DNA of 61,818 nt, taken from sequence record MW460249.1, one strand, 5' to 3'. This stretch comes from Pseudomonas phage Itty13. The notes under the pieces are model-generated. The model did not search any database and was not told the DNA's origin. It saw only the letters and a program-made list of their open reading frames with translations. The translations under genes were made by a program, and so were the position numbers. Shown here piece by piece: positions 59,885-61,818 of this stretch; position 1 is the first letter of the stretch; every line of letters begins with the position of its first letter.

Positions 59885-61818
59885 TTACCGATAGATAGCG
59901 TCACCGAGGTTATCACGAAGGCGCCGATCAAGTCGCGGGTTCAGCGCGACGCCGCCCTCGGTGCGCTGGCTGTACCGCTGCCGCGACCGGATCGACCGGG
60001 TGATGGTCTCGGCCGTGATGGCGACCTCCCGGTGCTCCTTGTTAAAGGCCTTCACGTCCTCGCGGATCGCCTGCATCTCCTCCCGGTCCTTCAGCTTGTA
60101 GGCCGTGGCGTAGCGGTCCATCAGGCGCCGGCGCTCGTCCATGATCCGCTTCTCGGCGTTCTTCAGGGCCGAGTTGCGCTCGTACTGCTCCGCCAGCACC
60201 GCCGGGGTGAAGCCGAGCAACTGCGCCGCGATCTCGTTCGGCTTGAAGCGGTCCACCAGGGCATCGCCGCGCAGGGTCTGCGCGCCCTCGGTGGCGAACC
60301 GGCCAGCCCGCATCATGTCCTTGATGAACTTCGGCGACATCGTCTCGACGCCACGGAAGACGTGCCCGTCGAGCATCTGGTTCCAGCCGCGCCACATGTT
60401 CTGTGCGATGCCCGGCACCGCCCCGAGGAGCTGGGTCTGCCAGTAGTTGAACTCGTCTTCGCCTTCGAGCTGGCGGTCGGGCGAGCGGAACCACAGGTCA
60501 GGCATACCGACGCGCTCGGAGATGGAGATGCCCAGGGCATGGCCGGGCACGCCGTTCAGCAGGAAGCCGGCGGCGGTCGGGCCGAGCAGGTCCACGGTCC
60601 CCTTCTTGAAGCGCTCCTCCGCGTCGTCGCCGAAGAACATGCTGGCCAGGGCCATCGCCAGACCGTACAGCCACACGCCGCGCACGCCGGCGTTCAGCGC
60701 CATTAGGCCGGTGACGCCCGCCAACTGGCGCACGGCCTCGCGGCGGCCTTCCTTGTCCCCGCGCAGCGCCTGATGGGTATCGCGGAACAGGCGCCACAGC
60801 ATGTTGATCTGGTAGTTGCGGAAGACCAGGGCGACCTTCGCCACGTCGCCGTGCATGGCGCGCGGGCGGTTGGTGTTGCCGTAGTCGAAATGCACCTTGT
60901 AGGTCATGCGCGAGGCCTGATCGACGGCGCGCTCGTGGTCCAGGCCATCCTTCCGGGCCATCCGGTAGGCGGCCAGGAAAGTCACCTCGCGGTTGAGCCG
61001 TTCGGCCTGATGGAACTGCCACGCAATAATCCCCATGACCTTGTTCCGCACCGGGCTGTACTCGACGCCGGTTTCCCCGACGCCGGCGAGGTTGTGCGAC
61101 TGCGAGCTGTCCACCACGCCGGAGTCGTAGGCCGCGCGCATCGCCTTGCGCTCGTCCTCGGTCAGGCCGGAGGAGCGCTCGGCGCGGCCGCGCCCGGTGA
61201 TGAAGTTGCCCAGGGCGCGGTTCAGCTCCACGGTGGTGCGGGCGGCGCCGTACTTGGCGCCCATGATCGGCACGCCCAGGACAACGGTTTGCGACAGGTT
61301 CACCAGCGCGGCCGCCGGCGACATCGACAGGTGGTAGACGAACGCGGCGGACGTGATGTGCTGGGCGAGCGCCCCGCCTTTCGGGTTCATGACGTAGTCG
61401 TGCCGGCGGTTCAGTTCGTTCACCACGGCGGTGTCGCGCTCCGGGTTGCTGCTGACGCGCGCCGCGTCCTTCGCGAGGTCGAGCTGTTCCTGCATCCGCG
61501 CGCCGTACTTCAGGCGGCCGAGCTGGTGCGCACCGTGGAACATGCGCGAGGCGAAGGCGCGCAGGGCGTCGGAGCTGAAGCCGGAGCGGCCCTTCCGGTG
61601 GATAAAGCCCTTGCGCATGCTCATGTCCGGCATGCTTTCGAGGAAGCGCTGCCAGACCTGATCCTTGACAGAATCGGGCACGCTGGCGCCGGCCAGGATG
61701 TCCTCAACGTCGGAGACGAAGCGCGGATCGACCGAGCCGCGCACGTCGGCGTCGTTGTTCAGCAGGCCGGTCTGCACGGCGCCCAGGCGCGCCGCCTGCT
61801 TGGCGAAACGCTGTTGCT
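59885..61818 (-). CDS. Large protein, 5'-truncated at the window end (at least 644 aa). Possibly the C-terminal continuation of the giant gene if the record is a circular genome.
   Basis: The reading frame stays open to the right edge (…QQRFAKQAARLGAVQTGLLNN…). Same frame class (coordinate mod 3 = 1) as the giant ORF that exits at position 1. Confidence 0.55.
   Translation of the reverse strand, partial: QQRFAKQAARLGAVQTGLLNNDADVRGSVDPRFVSDVEDILAGASVPDSVKDQVWQRFLESMPDMSMRKGFIHRKGRSGFSSDALRAFASRMFHGAHQLGRLKYGARMQEQLDLAKDAARVSSNPERDTAVVNELNRRHDYVMNPKGGALAQHITSAAFVYHLSMSPAAALVNLSQTVVLGVPIMGAKYGAARTTVELNRALGNFITGRGRAERSSGLTEDERKAMRAAYDSGVVDSSQSHNLAGVGETGVEYSPVRNKVMGIIAWQFHQAERLNREVTFLAAYRMARKDGLDHERAVDQASRMTYKVHFDYGNTNRPRAMHGDVAKVALVFRNYQINMLWRLFRDTHQALRGDKEGRREAVRQLAGVTGLMALNAGVRGVWLYGLAMALASMFFGDDAEERFKKGTVDLLGPTAAGFLLNGVPGHALGISISERVGMPDLWFRSPDRQLEGEDEFNYWQTQLLGAVPGIAQNMWRGWNQMLDGHVFRGVETMSPKFIKDMMRAGRFATEGAQTLRGDALVDRFKPNEIAAQLLGFTPAVLAEQYERNSALKNAEKRIMDERRRLMDRYATAYKLKDREEMQAIREDVKAFNKEHREVAITAETITRSIRSRQRYSQRTEGGVALNPRLDRRLRDNLGDAIYR

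Overview
This 61.8-kb, high-GC (~65%) window looks like a near-complete temperate podovirus genome of the Bcep22/Lessievirus type, not ordinary chromosome. Because the ORF track numbering and my own counting from the sequence lines disagree by 1–2 nt in places, coordinates I derived myself are accurate to about ±3 nt.

- **Giant minus-strand gene (1..12328).** One reading frame has no stop codon across the first 12.3 kb of the window, giving more than 4,100 codons that run off the left edge. It encodes a multidomain virion protein: N-terminal lytic transglycosylase, Gly- and Pro/Gln-rich linkers, a ParB-like nuclease domain, an N6-adenine DNA methyltransferase and a DEAH/SNF2-type helicase (DarB-like). 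The long plus-strand ORFs over this region are antisense artefacts. A 107-aa ORF (7000..7323) with ATG, RBS and coding-type GC3 lies in an alternate frame inside a linker of this gene.
- **Head and tail module (12338..34267, all minus strand).** TerS; a GIY-YIG endonuclease inserted between terS and terL; TerL; portal; scaffold; a CsrA/RsmA-like RNA-binding protein; major capsid; head/neck proteins; two tail fibres sharing an N-terminal domain, one with an S74 chaperone tail; a tail fibre assembly protein; a glycine-rich fibre; a 583-aa tail protein; a GNAT-like protein; and two internal virion proteins.
- **Structured ORF-free region (34660..35940, ~1.2 kb).** Three copies of a nested-hairpin repeat with compensatory stem changes, plus two tRNA-like T-arm/acceptor elements on the minus strand.
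- **Early genes.**
  - A plus-strand block of ~19 small hypothetical genes (35998..41979) ends at an intrinsic terminator.
  - A convergent minus-strand block carries an Asp/Asn beta-hydroxylase-like cupin, a DnaC-like loader, an O-like replication initiator, a T5orf172 protein, an HTH regulator, a 2OG-Fe(II) oxygenase, DUF1064/DUF1364/DUF1367 proteins, RdgC and two HTH regulators.
  - A CI-like repressor faces a Cro/CII-like gene across an operator-bearing intergenic region.
  - Downstream of the repressor on the plus strand lie a recombination module (ERF and a PD-(D/E)XK exonuclease), small DNA-binding and Zn-ribbon proteins and DUF1643.
- **Integration and lysis.** AlpA-type excisionase and a P4-type tyrosine integrase lie internally. 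The lysis cassette has a muramidase endolysin, two single-TM coiled-coil proteins and Rz with an embedded Rz1. A large partial ORF (59885..61818) runs off the right edge in the same frame class as the giant gene, so the two may be one ~4,750-aa gene if the record is circular.
- **Recurring operator motif.** An imperfect palindrome, roughly GTGTTTGC-N5-GCAAACAGG / TTGCGAAATCGAAACAGG, occurs at least 11 times in intergenic regions at the heads of transcription units. It is the likely common operator/promoter element of the phage.

No CRISPR array, no canonical tRNA and no rRNA were seen.
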